Shown here: in pieces, positions 17,324 to 26,421 of the stretch
Position numbering within the stretch: the stretch's first letter is position 1
How the letters are laid out: each line of letters starts with the position of its first letter
Source of the DNA: Acidobacteriota bacterium
GTDB lineage: Bacteria > Acidobacteriota > Vicinamibacteria > Vicinamibacterales > CAVVIG01
Direction: 5' to 3'
NCBI GenBank assembly: GCA_023265155.1
Contig: JAHFUL010000003.1
Location: 7,915 to 62,807 of the forward strand
DNA length: 54,893 bases
Notes under the pieces: generated by a model
The model's database searches: none
The model's input: the letters and a program-made list of their open reading frames with translations, nothing else
Told to the model about the DNA's origin: nothing
Made by a program: the position numbers and the translations under genes

Positions 17324-18005
17324 GGTTGGCGGCGATCGCGCTGAGCCACTGTTCGAGCGCGGCGAGGGTAAGCACCGCGCGCGCGTCGCTCTCGCGCCGA
17401 CGCGCTGACTCGTGAGCCTGCAACGGATCCAAATCCGACGGCGACTGTAGCACAGTCGGCGCTGGTGGTTCCCGCGGCGTGTACGGAGCCGGCGGCGGCG
17501 TCTCGCGCAGGGTCGGCAGCGGCCCGGCGTGCGCCGACAGCTCCCGCTGCATCTCGTCGAACGAAAGGCCATCTTCCGGATCGGGCCGTCTCTGCGGCCC
17601 AAGCTTACGGGTCAGATCTGCAACGGTCTCGTCCAAGTCGGGGTCGTTGCGAGCCAGGGCGAGGGCCGCCTTGTAATACGTCAGCGCGTCTGCCAGCGAT
17701 CCGCGTTCGTGGTGCACCTCGGCGAGCCCGCGGATGGCGGCAAGATTTTCGGGGGCGCTCTTGAGGACCACCTCGAGCTCGTGCTGCGCTTCGTCGAGCT
17801 GTCTCAGCTCGAGCAACGCCCGGCCGAGCGTCACGCGGGCAGACAGGTAACCCGGATGACGCGCGAGCCCCGCCCTGCAGGCCTCAATCGATTCCTGCGG
17901 CCGCCCGGCTCGGCGATATTCCTCCGCGAGCTGCGCAAACGCAATCGACGCCGGGTCCTTCTCGACCCGGCGTCGAAGGTCTTCAATGCGCGGGTTGTCA
18001 GCCAT
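17295..18005 (-). CDS. cytoplasmic TPR-repeat protein with Pro-rich C-terminal half
   Basis: No signal peptide; TPR-like repeats in residues ~20-130. Four nt downstream of the PKD gene; overlaps the pepP start. Confidence 0.7.
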   Translation of the reverse strand: MADNPRIEDLRRRVEKDPASIAFAQLAEEYRRAGRPQESIEACRAGLARHPGYLSARVTLGRALLELRQLDEAQHELEVVLKSAPENLAAIRGLAEVHHERGSLADALTYYKAALALARNDPDLDETVADLTRKLGPQRRPDPEDGLSFDEMQRELSAHAGPLPTLRETPPPAPYTPREPPAPTVLQSPSDLDPLQAHESARRRESDARAVLTLAALEQWLSAIAANHVARTQPRA

Positions 18006-18009
18006 CCAG

Positions 18010-18720
18010 CTACGCGCGCGGTTTGACGTTCACGGTCTTCGTCGTGGTTGCGCTCTGCCCCGCTTCGTCGGTGACGGTCAGAGTAACCGTGAAGCTCCCA
18101 AGGAGGAAGTACTGGTGAGAAACGATGGCGCCCTGCCCTGGATTTGGCTGATCGAAGTCGCCAAATCCCCAGACCCAGCTGACGATCGTGTGGCCGACGC
18201 CGGGCGTGGAGGGGTGACCGTCGAATACGACCGAGCGGTGCGGCTCTGGATCTGCCGGAGAGAAACTGAAGTCCGCGGTCGGCGCAAAGCCCTCGGACAC
18301 AGGAACGCTGTGAGCCGTGGTATGCGTCCGGCCGCTGCTGTTGGTCACTGTCAGGGCGACGGCGAACGTCGATGCCCCGTGGAACACATGACCGGCCGCA
18401 GCGCCCGATCCGCTCGACCCATCGCCGAAGGTCCAGTTGTAGGACGTGATCGTCGCGTTCGTATTCCCGCAGGGCGTCGTCGCATTCGGGTCGGCTGGCC
18501 CGGGGCAGCTCAAGCCGCCATTGAACTGGACGGCCGCATGCGCAGGGGGAGTCGACGGATCAAACGAGAAGCGCGCCGTGGGGCTTTGGATCGGCGGCTG
18601 GAGCGGGCCCGAGCCTTCCGACGGCCCGCTGAGGCCCGGCACATCGGAGTTGTGAACCGTGCAGGCCGACAGCAGCACGATGGCCAGCAGACCTGTTGGA
18701 CGGAAGAACGCTTTGCCCAT
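18010..18720 (-). CDS. lipoprotein with two PKD-like domains
   Basis: Lipobox LLSAC. Two copies of the F.F......V.F......I.SY.W.FGDG...G....H.Y pattern. Confidence 0.75.
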   Translation of the reverse strand: MGKAFFRPTGLLAIVLLSACTVHNSDVPGLSGPSEGSGPLQPPIQSPTARFSFDPSTPPAHAAVQFNGGLSCPGPADPNATTPCGNTNATITSYNWTFGDGSSGSGAAAGHVFHGASTFAVALTVTNSSGRTHTTAHSVPVSEGFAPTADFSFSPADPEPHRSVVFDGHPSTPGVGHTIVSWVWGFGDFDQPNPGQGAIVSHQYFLLGSFTVTLTVTDEAGQSATTTKTVNVKPRA

Positions 18721-18722
18721 GA

Positions 18723-19349
18723 TTAGAAATCCCCGAAGTTGCCGAAATCGACCTGAATAAGTCCGGTCACCCTTACCGCATTGCCCGCCTGATCGCTTCC
18801 GTAGAACGTGATTTCGGCGATCATCGTGACAATGGTGGGGCTCGCGACGAGGTTCACGAGGGGCGATTCCTCCTTCGCCACGATCCGCACGAGCTCGAAC
18901 GGAAGCTGGGTCGATGTCCCGGCTTGAATGGTGCCGGTCGTGGCGCCATCGAACGCAAAGGGCACATCAATCCCCTCCAGGTGCCGGCCGTCGGACCTTC
19001 GATAGGCCACGTGGTAGCGCGTGATGGTCACGTCGTTGGTCGGCGTCGGCCCCGTGAGGCTCGTCGGATCCTTCAGCTCCGCGCGAAGCGTCACCCGACC
19101 GTTATCGGAGAAGACCGTCGCACAGGGAGAGGTCGTGCTGCACGGCGCGGGAGACGTGACATTGGTCACGACGTCCGACGGAACGGGATTCCCGAAGGTA
19201 CCGTTCAGTCCGCCGCGCTGCCCTTGCAGCGAATCGATCACCAGGTACACCGGTGATCGGCCCTGGCGCACGACCGACCCGCAAGAAACGCTCACGGCCA
19301 CGATCACCGCGAGCCCGAAGAAGTATGTTCCGCCTCGCATTCGACCCAT
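18723..19349 (-). CDS. hypothetical lipoprotein (beta-rich), 12 nt downstream of pilQ
   Basis: Lipobox VSVSC, high GC3, no family recognised by eye. Confidence 0.6.
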   Translation of the reverse strand: MGRMRGGTYFFGLAVIVAVSVSCGSVVRQGRSPVYLVIDSLQGQRGGLNGTFGNPVPSDVVTNVTSPAPCSTTSPCATVFSDNGRVTLRAELKDPTSLTGPTPTNDVTITRYHVAYRRSDGRHLEGIDVPFAFDGATTGTIQAGTSTQLPFELVRIVAKEESPLVNLVASPTIVTMIAEITFYGSDQAGNAVRVTGLIQVDFGNFGDF

Positions 19350-19361
19350 CCCGTCCCTTCC

Positions 19362-21230
19362 CTACTTGATGATGCGCGGGGTAATGAAGATGAGCAGCTC
19401 TTTGTTCTGCTCACTCAGAATCTCGTTCTTGAAGAGCCAGCCGAGAATCGGTATCCGGCTCAAGCCGGGCGTACGGTTGTTCGTCGCAGCTTGGTTACCC
19501 TGATAGATGCCGGCAATGACCGTCGTCTCACCGTCATTCACGAGCACAGTCGTGTTGGCACGCTGGGTATTGATCGACACGCCGTCGGGAAAGATTTCAC
19601 CAACCGAGCCGTTGTCGACCGAGATATTCATGATCACCGTGCCAGCCGTCGTAATTTGCGGCTTCACCTTCAGAATCAGCGCGGCGTCCTTGTAGCCTGT
19701 CACAACGGTGTTGTTCGCCGACGTCTGATAAGGCACTTGCACCCCCTGCGCGATTTCGGCTTCGACGTTGTTGAGGGTTGACACTTTTGGTGTCGAGAGC
19801 AGCTTCACGGTGCCCGCACGCTCGAGGGCCGTGAGCTCCACATCCAGATTGAAGGCTCCGTTCACCGATCCGAGGGCCAAGCCGACAGCGCTTGTCGCGG
19901 GAACCGCGAGGTTGACGGCGGTGCCTCCGCGCACCTCATCGGAGCCCAGTCGTCCCCCCAGACTGCCGTTGTTCGGGAACGCGAGGTTCGTCGTATTGCC
20001 AAGGGCTGCGTCGGCGCGCCCATTGAAGCCCCACCGCACGCCGAGCTGACGTGCATTGTCGGTGCTCGTCTGGATGATGCGCGCTTCGATCTCGACCTGG
20101 GGCTGCGCGCGATCAAGCTGCCCGACGAGGCTCCAGACGTTGTCGAGCCGGCCCTGCAGATCCGTGACGATCAGCGTGTTCGTCCGGTCATCAACATAGA
20201 TCTGACCGCGCGTCGACAACAGATTCTTCAGCAACGGCGGCATATCGGCCGCCCTCGAGTAGCTGAGCGTCTTGTTCACGGTGACCAGCTGGCCCGACAG
20301 CGCCTGTTCATCGGCAAGCTTGCGTCGCTGAACCTGCTCGTCGGACAGCACCGAGAGCGGGGCGACGCGAACAATCGTGTCCTCGACGACGACGCCGAGC
20401 TTGGCCTGTTTGAGCACCACGTCGAGCAACTGGTCCCAGGGCACCTGGGTCAGCACCAGGCTTACCTTCCCTGATATGCCCGGGTCGAACACCATGTTGA
20501 GGCCGCTGATGTCCTGAATGAGCTTCAGTACGCCGAGCACATCGGCGTCCTCGAGACTCCAGTTGCTCAGCTCACCTGTGTATTTCTTCGGTTGATCCTG
20601 CGACGACGCGGCGACCGTTGCCGGCGGCGGCGCGGTGGGTTGCTGCTGGGAATCGAGGGTGAGCAGGGCCGCCGTTCCTGCCGGAAGGATCGGAGCGGGC
20701 GTGGAGAGGGCAAGGGCCAGAATCGCATCGACGGCCGCAACCTTCGACTTCGCCAGCGCCTGCATCGCATCCGGCGGCTTGCCGGACCCGATCGGCGCGA
20801 CAGATACACTGCGGTCCGCGATCCGATCGAAGTCGACCACGATGGTGTTCCGCTCGCTTCGCACGCGGTACGCGACGGCCTCGGTAAGCGAGACGCGCAC
20901 CCGCGAAACCGGCGTGCCCATGAAATCGGTGGCTTCGAGCGCGACACGCGCAATCGGACCGGTGGCGCGGGCGACCTTGTTGGCGACCCCGTCGGACGCG
21001 ACGTCGCGCAGATCGAGGAGCACCGTCAGCGCGTCGGGGCGGGAGGCCACGTACGGGACCGGCTCGGTCGCTTCGATCACCAGCGAAGCGCCCTTCGCGT
21101 GGATGCGCGAGCTGATGGTCTTCAGCCGGACGCCTGAGGCGGGGCCGCCGCCGGCGGCGAATGCTGGAATACCGGTCACTGCCGCAACCGCCACGGCCGT
21201 GGACACAATGAGTACTTTGGTCGAAGTCAC
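19362..21230 (-). CDS. pilQ: type IV pilus secretin
   Basis: Signal peptide, two AMIN-like N-terminal domains, secretin C-terminus (GLSRIPILGWLF...LLIFITPRII). Confidence 0.92.
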   Translation of the reverse strand: MTSTKVLIVSTAVAVAAVTGIPAFAAGGGPASGVRLKTISSRIHAKGASLVIEATEPVPYVASRPDALTVLLDLRDVASDGVANKVARATGPIARVALEATDFMGTPVSRVRVSLTEAVAYRVRSERNTIVVDFDRIADRSVSVAPIGSGKPPDAMQALAKSKVAAVDAILALALSTPAPILPAGTAALLTLDSQQQPTAPPPATVAASSQDQPKKYTGELSNWSLEDADVLGVLKLIQDISGLNMVFDPGISGKVSLVLTQVPWDQLLDVVLKQAKLGVVVEDTIVRVAPLSVLSDEQVQRRKLADEQALSGQLVTVNKTLSYSRAADMPPLLKNLLSTRGQIYVDDRTNTLIVTDLQGRLDNVWSLVGQLDRAQPQVEIEARIIQTSTDNARQLGVRWGFNGRADAALGNTTNLAFPNNGSLGGRLGSDEVRGGTAVNLAVPATSAVGLALGSVNGAFNLDVELTALERAGTVKLLSTPKVSTLNNVEAEIAQGVQVPYQTSANNTVVTGYKDAALILKVKPQITTAGTVIMNISVDNGSVGEIFPDGVSINTQRANTTVLVNDGETTVIAGIYQGNQAATNNRTPGLSRIPILGWLFKNEILSEQNKELLIFITPRIIK

Positions 21231-21799
21231 TGCTTTGCTTCCTCCAGCGAACGCAGGAGCTTGTGAACTTCCCGCTGCTTCGCGGTCGACAGCGGGTCGT
21301 TCACTTCCTGCGCGATCACGAGACCCTCTCGGGTGACCGATTTCACCGTTCCATCCGCCAGCTTGTCGCCTTGATGGATGTTGTAACTCCTGCCATCAGG
21401 TCCCTGAATCATCGCGACGAACCTGCCGTTGATCTGCACGACGCCCCGCACCAGGATCTCGTTCACGGCCAGTCCGGCTGCGCCTTCGCCCCGCTTCGTC
21501 GTTGCCCGCGGATCCACGGTGACGCCGCTCGTCAGCACATTGATGAACGGATCGCGGCGCCCGTCCACTTGATACACGTAGGCGTCGGGCGGCACCGCCG
21601 TTCGCGCGTCCGGGACGGCTGAACCTGTCGTGCCGGCCCCACCTCTCCCCGGCGTCTCCAGCGCCGTCGATCCGGAAGGCACGGTTTTCGCGCCCGCAGG
21701 GGCGGCGGCCCTTGGAGCGGCGGGCTCGGGCGATGCCTGGGCGCACGCCAGCAGCGGCAGCACGAGAACGAGCGCGACCAACCATGAGCACTCGCGCAT
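21227..21799 (-). CDS. pilP: type IV pilus assembly lipoprotein PilP
   Basis: Start at MRECSWLVALVLVLPLLAC (lipobox). RDPF motif and C-terminal beta domain. Position between pilO and pilQ. Confidence 0.75.
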   Translation of the reverse strand: MRECSWLVALVLVLPLLACAQASPEPAAPRAAAPAGAKTVPSGSTALETPGRGGAGTTGSAVPDARTAVPPDAYVYQVDGRRDPFINVLTSGVTVDPRATTKRGEGAAGLAVNEILVRGVVQINGRFVAMIQGPDGRSYNIHQGDKLADGTVKSVTREGLVIAQEVNDPLSTAKQREVHKLLRSLEEAKQ

Positions 21800-21801
21800 G
21801 C

Positions 21802-22416
21802 TCAGGCCGCTTTCTTCGGAGCCGGAGCCGGCTTGGGTTTCGCCTTGGCCACGGTGAGCGGATCGAGCAACACAAACGTCGTCGCGACGCACTTCGCCGA
21901 AATGGTGGAATTGGGGGTCGGTCGACTGTTGCTTTCAATCGAGAGCCCGCTGATGTTGACGATGCGCGTGAACTTGCCGACGCGGTCGAAAAAAACCGCA
22001 AGGTTGTGGTACGTGCCGTCGAGCTCCAGTGCAATCGGCCACTCGGCGTGCAACTCCTTGGTCACAGGAGCGGACGGCTTGAACCCCTTGATCGTGAGGT
22101 TGGACTGCATCGCGACGTTCTGCATGCTGCGCAAGAGGTCGGCTGCGTCCTTCTCCTGCGGGAGGACTGCGCTGAGGTTGTTCAGGCGCGCCCCGAGGTC
22201 GTCGACCTGGGTGCGGAACTCGTCGAGCTTCTTGGCCGTGGCGAGCCCGATCGTGATGTCGGCCTGTATCTTCTTCAGCTGGTTCTGACGCGACACCATG
22301 TCGGCCCGTGCGGGCGCTTCGTAGTACGTGTAAAAGGCGAACACGCCGCCAGCGGAGAGTGCCACAAAGGCGCCGACCTGTGCGTACCACGGCAATTTCG
22401 CGAGACTGATTTCCAT
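21802..22416 (-). CDS. pilO: type IV pilus assembly protein PilO
   Basis: Single N-terminal TM helix, coiled coil, position in pilMNOPQ. Confidence 0.8.
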   Translation of the reverse strand: MEISLAKLPWYAQVGAFVALSAGGVFAFYTYYEAPARADMVSRQNQLKKIQADITIGLATAKKLDEFRTQVDDLGARLNNLSAVLPQEKDAADLLRSMQNVAMQSNLTIKGFKPSAPVTKELHAEWPIALELDGTYHNLAVFFDRVGKFTRIVNISGLSIESNSRPTPNSTISAKCVATTFVLLDPLTVAKAKPKPAPAPKKAA

Positions 22417-22467
22417 CGGAACAACTACTCCAGCGCCATCGGGCCTCCCCGACAGCCCTTTCGTTGA

Positions 22468-23100
22468 CTAACCCGGTTTCGCCCCATTCGCGGCGGCTCC
22501 CAGCGTCGCCGGCGGCGCGGCGGCATCTGCTGGACGCTGAAATTGCGCGCGAATACTGAAGGAGACCATCGACCCTGGCGGGGTCGGCGTGGTGTCGGTC
22601 TGGCTGTTCACAATGTCGACGGACCGCTTGAAATAACCGGACGCCTCGAGGTTCGCGACAAAGTCGGTGAGCGAGGTGACGCTCGTGCTCTTACCGCTGA
22701 TGACCACCTCATTGGGGTCGGCCGACTGTTTCAGGTCGGTCAACCAGAGCATCCCCGGCAACGCGCGGCTGATCTGATCGAGCATGTGGACCGGACCGGT
22801 CTGGTCCCTGCGGAGCTGTTCGATGAGCGTCACGCGCTGCTGGAGCTCGATTTTGCGCTGTTCGAATTGCTGAACCTGCGTGATGATCGAACGCAGCCGC
22901 ACCCCTTCTTTCTGCGCCGCCGAGATCTCCTCGTCGAGCCTCACCGACTCCTGACCGACCGCCCAGTAGCGCCAGCCGACGAACAGCGCCGTAGCGATCA
23001 GCAGCACGCTGCAGCCGATGGTGATTTTCTGGCCGTCCTGAAACGCGAACTTCGCCTTCGCGACCTTCCGCTCAGGGGTCAGCAGATTGATTTTGATCAT
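22468..23100 (-). CDS. pilN: type IV pilus assembly protein PilN
   Basis: MIKINLL conserved N-terminus, a TM helix. ATGA overlap with the pilM stop. Confidence 0.82.
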   Translation of the reverse strand: MIKINLLTPERKVAKAKFAFQDGQKITIGCSVLLIATALFVGWRYWAVGQESVRLDEEISAAQKEGVRLRSIITQVQQFEQRKIELQQRVTLIEQLRRDQTGPVHMLDQISRALPGMLWLTDLKQSADPNEVVISGKSTSVTSLTDFVANLEASGYFKRSVDIVNSQTDTTPTPPGSMVSFSIRAQFQRPADAAAPPATLGAAANGAKPG

Positions 23101-24164
23101 CGATCCCCCGCCCGTCTCAGCGCGAGGCCCACGGCGACTGCCGCGGTCGGCGCGAGCCGCTCAGCATCGACAACTCCGAGCTTCCTGGCATCGAACGCGA
23201 TCTTCCGGAAGGGGTCGAAGACCTCCACCGGCGCGCCGAACCGCTCCGCGAGGGCTTCGGCGAAGCCGTCCACAGAGGCGGCGCCGCCGCTCAGCAGAAT
23301 CCGGTCAATCCGGTCGGAGGCCGCCGTCGCCTTGAAGAAATCGAACGTCTTCTGGATTTCCAGGAGCACGTTCTCGGTCATGGAATGGAGCACGGGCCGC
23401 ACGTCGTCGAAGGTGACGCTGTCGACCGGCTCGCCTTTCTTCGCCGCCTCGGCGTTGTCGTACGTGAGATTCAGCTCCTTCTGTAAGGCTTCTGTGTACG
23501 CGTTGCCGCCCATGGACACGTCGCGGGTGAACAACGACTGCCCGCCGCTCAGAATATTGATGTTGATCGCGCTCGCCCCGGCGTTGAGCAGGACGACGAC
23601 CGATCCGGCCTCTGGCCCGTAGTTCATCTCGTAGGCGTTCTGCAGGGCAAAGGCATCGACGTCCACGACGACCGGCACGCGGCCCGCCTGCGAAATGACA
23701 CCGGTGTAGTCGGCGATCTTCTCCTTCTTCGCCGCGACAAGGAGCACTTCCATCGTGCCGGTGGATTCGGGGCCCGTTCCGGGATCGAGAATCTGGTAGT
23801 CCAGGTTGACGTCCTGGATATCGAACGGAATGTATTGTTCGGCTTCCCAATAGATCGACTCGCCCAGCTCCGCCTCGGTCATCACCGGCAGATTGATTTT
23901 CTTGACAATCACCGCGTTCCCGGAAAGCGACGCGGCCACGTTCTTCGCTTTGAACGCCTTGTTGCCGAACAGGCGGCCGATCGCGCCGGCCACCGCTGCT
24001 CCGTCGATGATGGCGCCGTCGACGATGCTGTCGGGCGGAAGCGGTTCATGAGCAAATGCCAACACCCGGAAGCCCTTGCCGGCGGCCTTCAGCTCGACGG
24101 CCTTGAGCGCGCTCGAGCCAATGTCGAGGCCCACCACGGCTTTGTTCCGACCCAGACCAAACAT
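23097..24164 (-). CDS. pilM: type IV pilus assembly ATPase-fold protein PilM
   Basis: Start at MFGLGRNKAVVGLDIGSSALKAVEL (ATG 24164) with GAGGAGG 5 nt upstream. Actin-like fold. Confidence 0.9.
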   Translation of the reverse strand: MFGLGRNKAVVGLDIGSSALKAVELKAAGKGFRVLAFAHEPLPPDSIVDGAIIDGAAVAGAIGRLFGNKAFKAKNVAASLSGNAVIVKKINLPVMTEAELGESIYWEAEQYIPFDIQDVNLDYQILDPGTGPESTGTMEVLLVAAKKEKIADYTGVISQAGRVPVVVDVDAFALQNAYEMNYGPEAGSVVVLLNAGASAININILSGGQSLFTRDVSMGGNAYTEALQKELNLTYDNAEAAKKGEPVDSVTFDDVRPVLHSMTENVLLEIQKTFDFFKATAASDRIDRILLSGGAASVDGFAEALAERFGAPVEVFDPFRKIAFDARKLGVVDAERLAPTAAVAVGLALRRAGDR

Positions 24165-24384
24165 TGACCTCCTCGAGACTACAAAGTGGATACCAACCTC
24201 ATCCGTCGGAATTCCTGGAACAAACGGCCAATTCCCGTGTCCGATGGCGAAAATTGCGACCAGACCCGCGTCGCGCCACCATGCCGACTTCAGTTCCTTC
24301 ACCGATTACAGTCCTGTAGCGTCGGCGCGGGTGCAAGCGCGAAAATAAGGCCACTTACTCTTATCGGCCAGACGGGCACGCCGC

Positions 24385-24413
24385 TTGACAGTGCCTACAA
24401 AGGTCCGTATGAT
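24385..24413 (+). promoter_or_regulatory. sigma-70-type promoter for rplM-rpsI
   Basis: TTGACA (24385-24390), 17-nt spacer, TATGAT (24408-24413). About 150-nt leader before the rplM ATG. Confidence 0.55.
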
Positions 24414-24568
24414 TTGGGTTTGCCGTTGTCCGCGCCCACCGGACCGAAGGGTTCGAAGAGAGCCGCGGGCCAGACCGGATCCCCTTACAACGGTTTTTGG
24501 GAAGAATCCGGAGCGGGTCGAAGAGCCCGCCTGGAAGCGCGGGCCCGACGCTCGCCGGGACACACTCA

Positions 24569-25006
24569 ATGTCTACGTTTATCGCCTCCGCGAAACACGT
24601 CGCGGGGAGCGCGCGCTGGCATCTCATCGACGCGGACGGCAAGGTGCTCGGCCGCCTCGCCACCGCAGCCGCGCGGCTGCTCCAGGGCAAGCACAAGCCA
24701 ATCTACACGCCGTTCATCGATACCGGCGACCACGTCATCGTCGTTAACGCGGCGAAGGTGAGGCTCACGGGCCGCAAAGAAGACCAGAAAATCTATCGCC
24801 AGCATTCGGGGTATGAAGGCGGGCTGCGGGAAACCCGTGCGCGGATCGTGCGGCAGCAGCATCCCGAACGGATTGTGGAGGATGCCATTCACGGGATGCT
24901 GCCCAAGACCACGATGGGCGCGTCGATGTATCGCAAGCTGAAAGTGTACGCCGGTCCGGACCACCCGCACACGGCGCAGAAACCCTCAAAGCTCGAGGTC
25001 GCGTAA
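24569..25006 (+). CDS. rplM: 50S ribosomal protein L13
   Basis: Start at [31 protein letters not shown]; classic L13 N-terminus. Confidence 0.94.
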   Translation: MSTFIASAKHVAGSARWHLIDADGKVLGRLATAAARLLQGKHKPIYTPFIDTGDHVIVVNAAKVRLTGRKEDQKIYRQHSGYEGGLRETRARIVRQQHPERIVEDAIHGMLPKTTMGASMYRKLKVYAGPDHPHTAQKPSKLEVA

Positions 25007-25008
25007 AC

Positions 25009-25401
25009 GTGGCAGCAGTTCAGTACTACGGCACTGGTCGGCGCAAGACCTCGACCGCTCGTGTGTTTCTCCGCCCGGGAACGGGCGCCGTCAGCGTCAA
25101 CGAACGCGCCTTCGACGCGTTCTTCCCCTCCAAGGCGCTCCGCACTCAGATTCGTCAGCCGCTGGTGCTCACGGAAACGGCGGACAAGTTCGACATCCTG
25201 GCGACCGTTGCCGGCGGCGGCGTATCAGGGCAGGCGGGCGCAGTGAGACTCGGAATTGCCAGGGCGCTGGTGCGGTACAACCTCGAGCTGCGCAAGCGGC
25301 TGAAGGACGACGGGCTCTTGACGCGCGACGCACGCGCGAAGGAGCGGAAGAAGTACGGAATGGCGGGCGCGCGTAAACGCTTCCAGTTCAGCAAGCGGTA
25401 A
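25009..25401 (+). CDS. rpsI: 30S ribosomal protein S9
   Basis: [10 protein letters not shown]...; C-terminal [15 protein letters not shown]. Confidence 0.94.
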   Translation: MAAVQYYGTGRRKTSTARVFLRPGTGAVSVNERAFDAFFPSKALRTQIRQPLVLTETADKFDILATVAGGGVSGQAGAVRLGIARALVRYNLELRKRLKDDGLLTRDARAKERKKYGMAGARKRFQFSKR

Positions 25402-25410
25402 AGGGCGGCT

Positions 25411-25487
25411 GTCAGCCGTCAGCTATCAGCTATCCGCTGGGAACTGAACGTTGAAAGCTGAAAGCCGAAAACTGAAAGCTGAGAGCT
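25411..25487. repeat. 11 x 7-bp tandem repeat (GTCAGCC ... GAAAGCT) just upstream of the rpsB ribosome-binding site
   Basis: Read directly: gtcagcc gtcagct atcagct atccgct gggaact gaacgtt gaaagct gaaagcc gaaaact gaaagct gagagct. Confidence 0.9.
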
Positions 25488-25505
25488 CTGTTTGAGGAGG
25501 ACTGT

Positions 25506-26333
25506 TTGGCAGCGATCGCGATGAAGGACTTGCTGGAGGCCGGCGTGCACTTCGGCCACCAGACGAAGCGCTGGAATCCGAAGATGAAGGAGTACATCTT
25601 CGGGGAACGAAACGGCATCTACATCATTGACCTGGGAAAGACGGTCAAGCTGTTCCGCGAGGCTGAGGAGTTCGTCAGCCGTCTCGCCGCCGAGGGCCGC
25701 ACGATCTTGTTCGTCGGCACCAAACGTCAGGCGCAGGACGTCATCGCCGAAGAGGCCCAGCGCTGCGGCATGTTCTACGTCAACGAACGCTGGCTGGGCG
25801 GCCTGCTCACCAACTTCGCCACCATTCAACGCAGTCTCGGCCGGCTCCGCGACATCGAGACCATGTCGACCGACGGCCGCTATGACACGCTCTCCAAGAA
25901 AGAGATCGCCAGGAACGAAAAAGAGCGGCGGAAGCTGACGAAAAACCTCGAAGGCATCCGCGGCATGGCGCGCCTTCCCGACGCCATCTTCGTGGTCGAC
26001 ACCAGGAAGGAAAAGATCGCGGTCGACGAGGCGCGGAAGCTGAAGATCCCCGTGCTCGGCATCGTGGACACCAATTGCGATCCGGACGAAGTCGACTTCA
26101 TCATTCCCGGCAACGACGACGCCCTGCGCTCCATCCGGCTGTTTGCCGCGCGCATCGCCGACGCCGTGATGAGCGGCCGCGGCATGAAGGAATCGGCCGA
26201 GGCGGATGAGGCGCGCGACCGCGGCCCTGGCGGTAATGACACCGGGACGCCGGGCGGTGGCGGAAAAGACGGCCCCCGTCAGCCGCCACGACCACTCCGG
26301 CGCGCGCGCGAAACGGCCCCGGCATCCGCGTAA
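25506..26333 (+). CDS. rpsB: 30S ribosomal protein S2 (with Gly/Pro-rich C-terminal extension)
   Basis: TTG start 5 nt after [34 protein letters not shown] parallels E. coli S2 [27 protein letters not shown]. Confidence 0.93.
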   Translation: MAAIAMKDLLEAGVHFGHQTKRWNPKMKEYIFGERNGIYIIDLGKTVKLFREAEEFVSRLAAEGRTILFVGTKRQAQDVIAEEAQRCGMFYVNERWLGGLLTNFATIQRSLGRLRDIETMSTDGRYDTLSKKEIARNEKERRKLTKNLEGIRGMARLPDAIFVVDTRKEKIAVDEARKLKIPVLGIVDTNCDPDEVDFIIPGNDDALRSIRLFAARIADAVMSGRGMKESAEADEARDRGPGGNDTGTPGGGGKDGPRQPPRPLRRARETAPASA

Positions 26334-26354
26334 CCTGCAGTCACTGATGTTCGG

Positions 26355-26387
26355 ACGCCGGCCTCTTGCAAGGGTCGGCGTTTTTTT
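26355..26387 (+). terminator. rho-independent terminator/attenuator between rpsB and tsf
   Basis: Stem ACGCCGGCC / GGTCGGCGT with one mismatch, followed by T7 (26381-26387). Confidence 0.6.
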
Positions 26388-26421
26388 CGTACCCCGCGCA
26401 GCCGTTCCTACGGAGACACCA

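Noticed and set aside
25411-25487. Short tandem repeats (here and at 4541, 5404, 14117, 16076, 28046) as CRISPR arrays.
   Set aside because: Units are 7-17 bp and contiguous, with no unique spacers. No cas genes are in the window.
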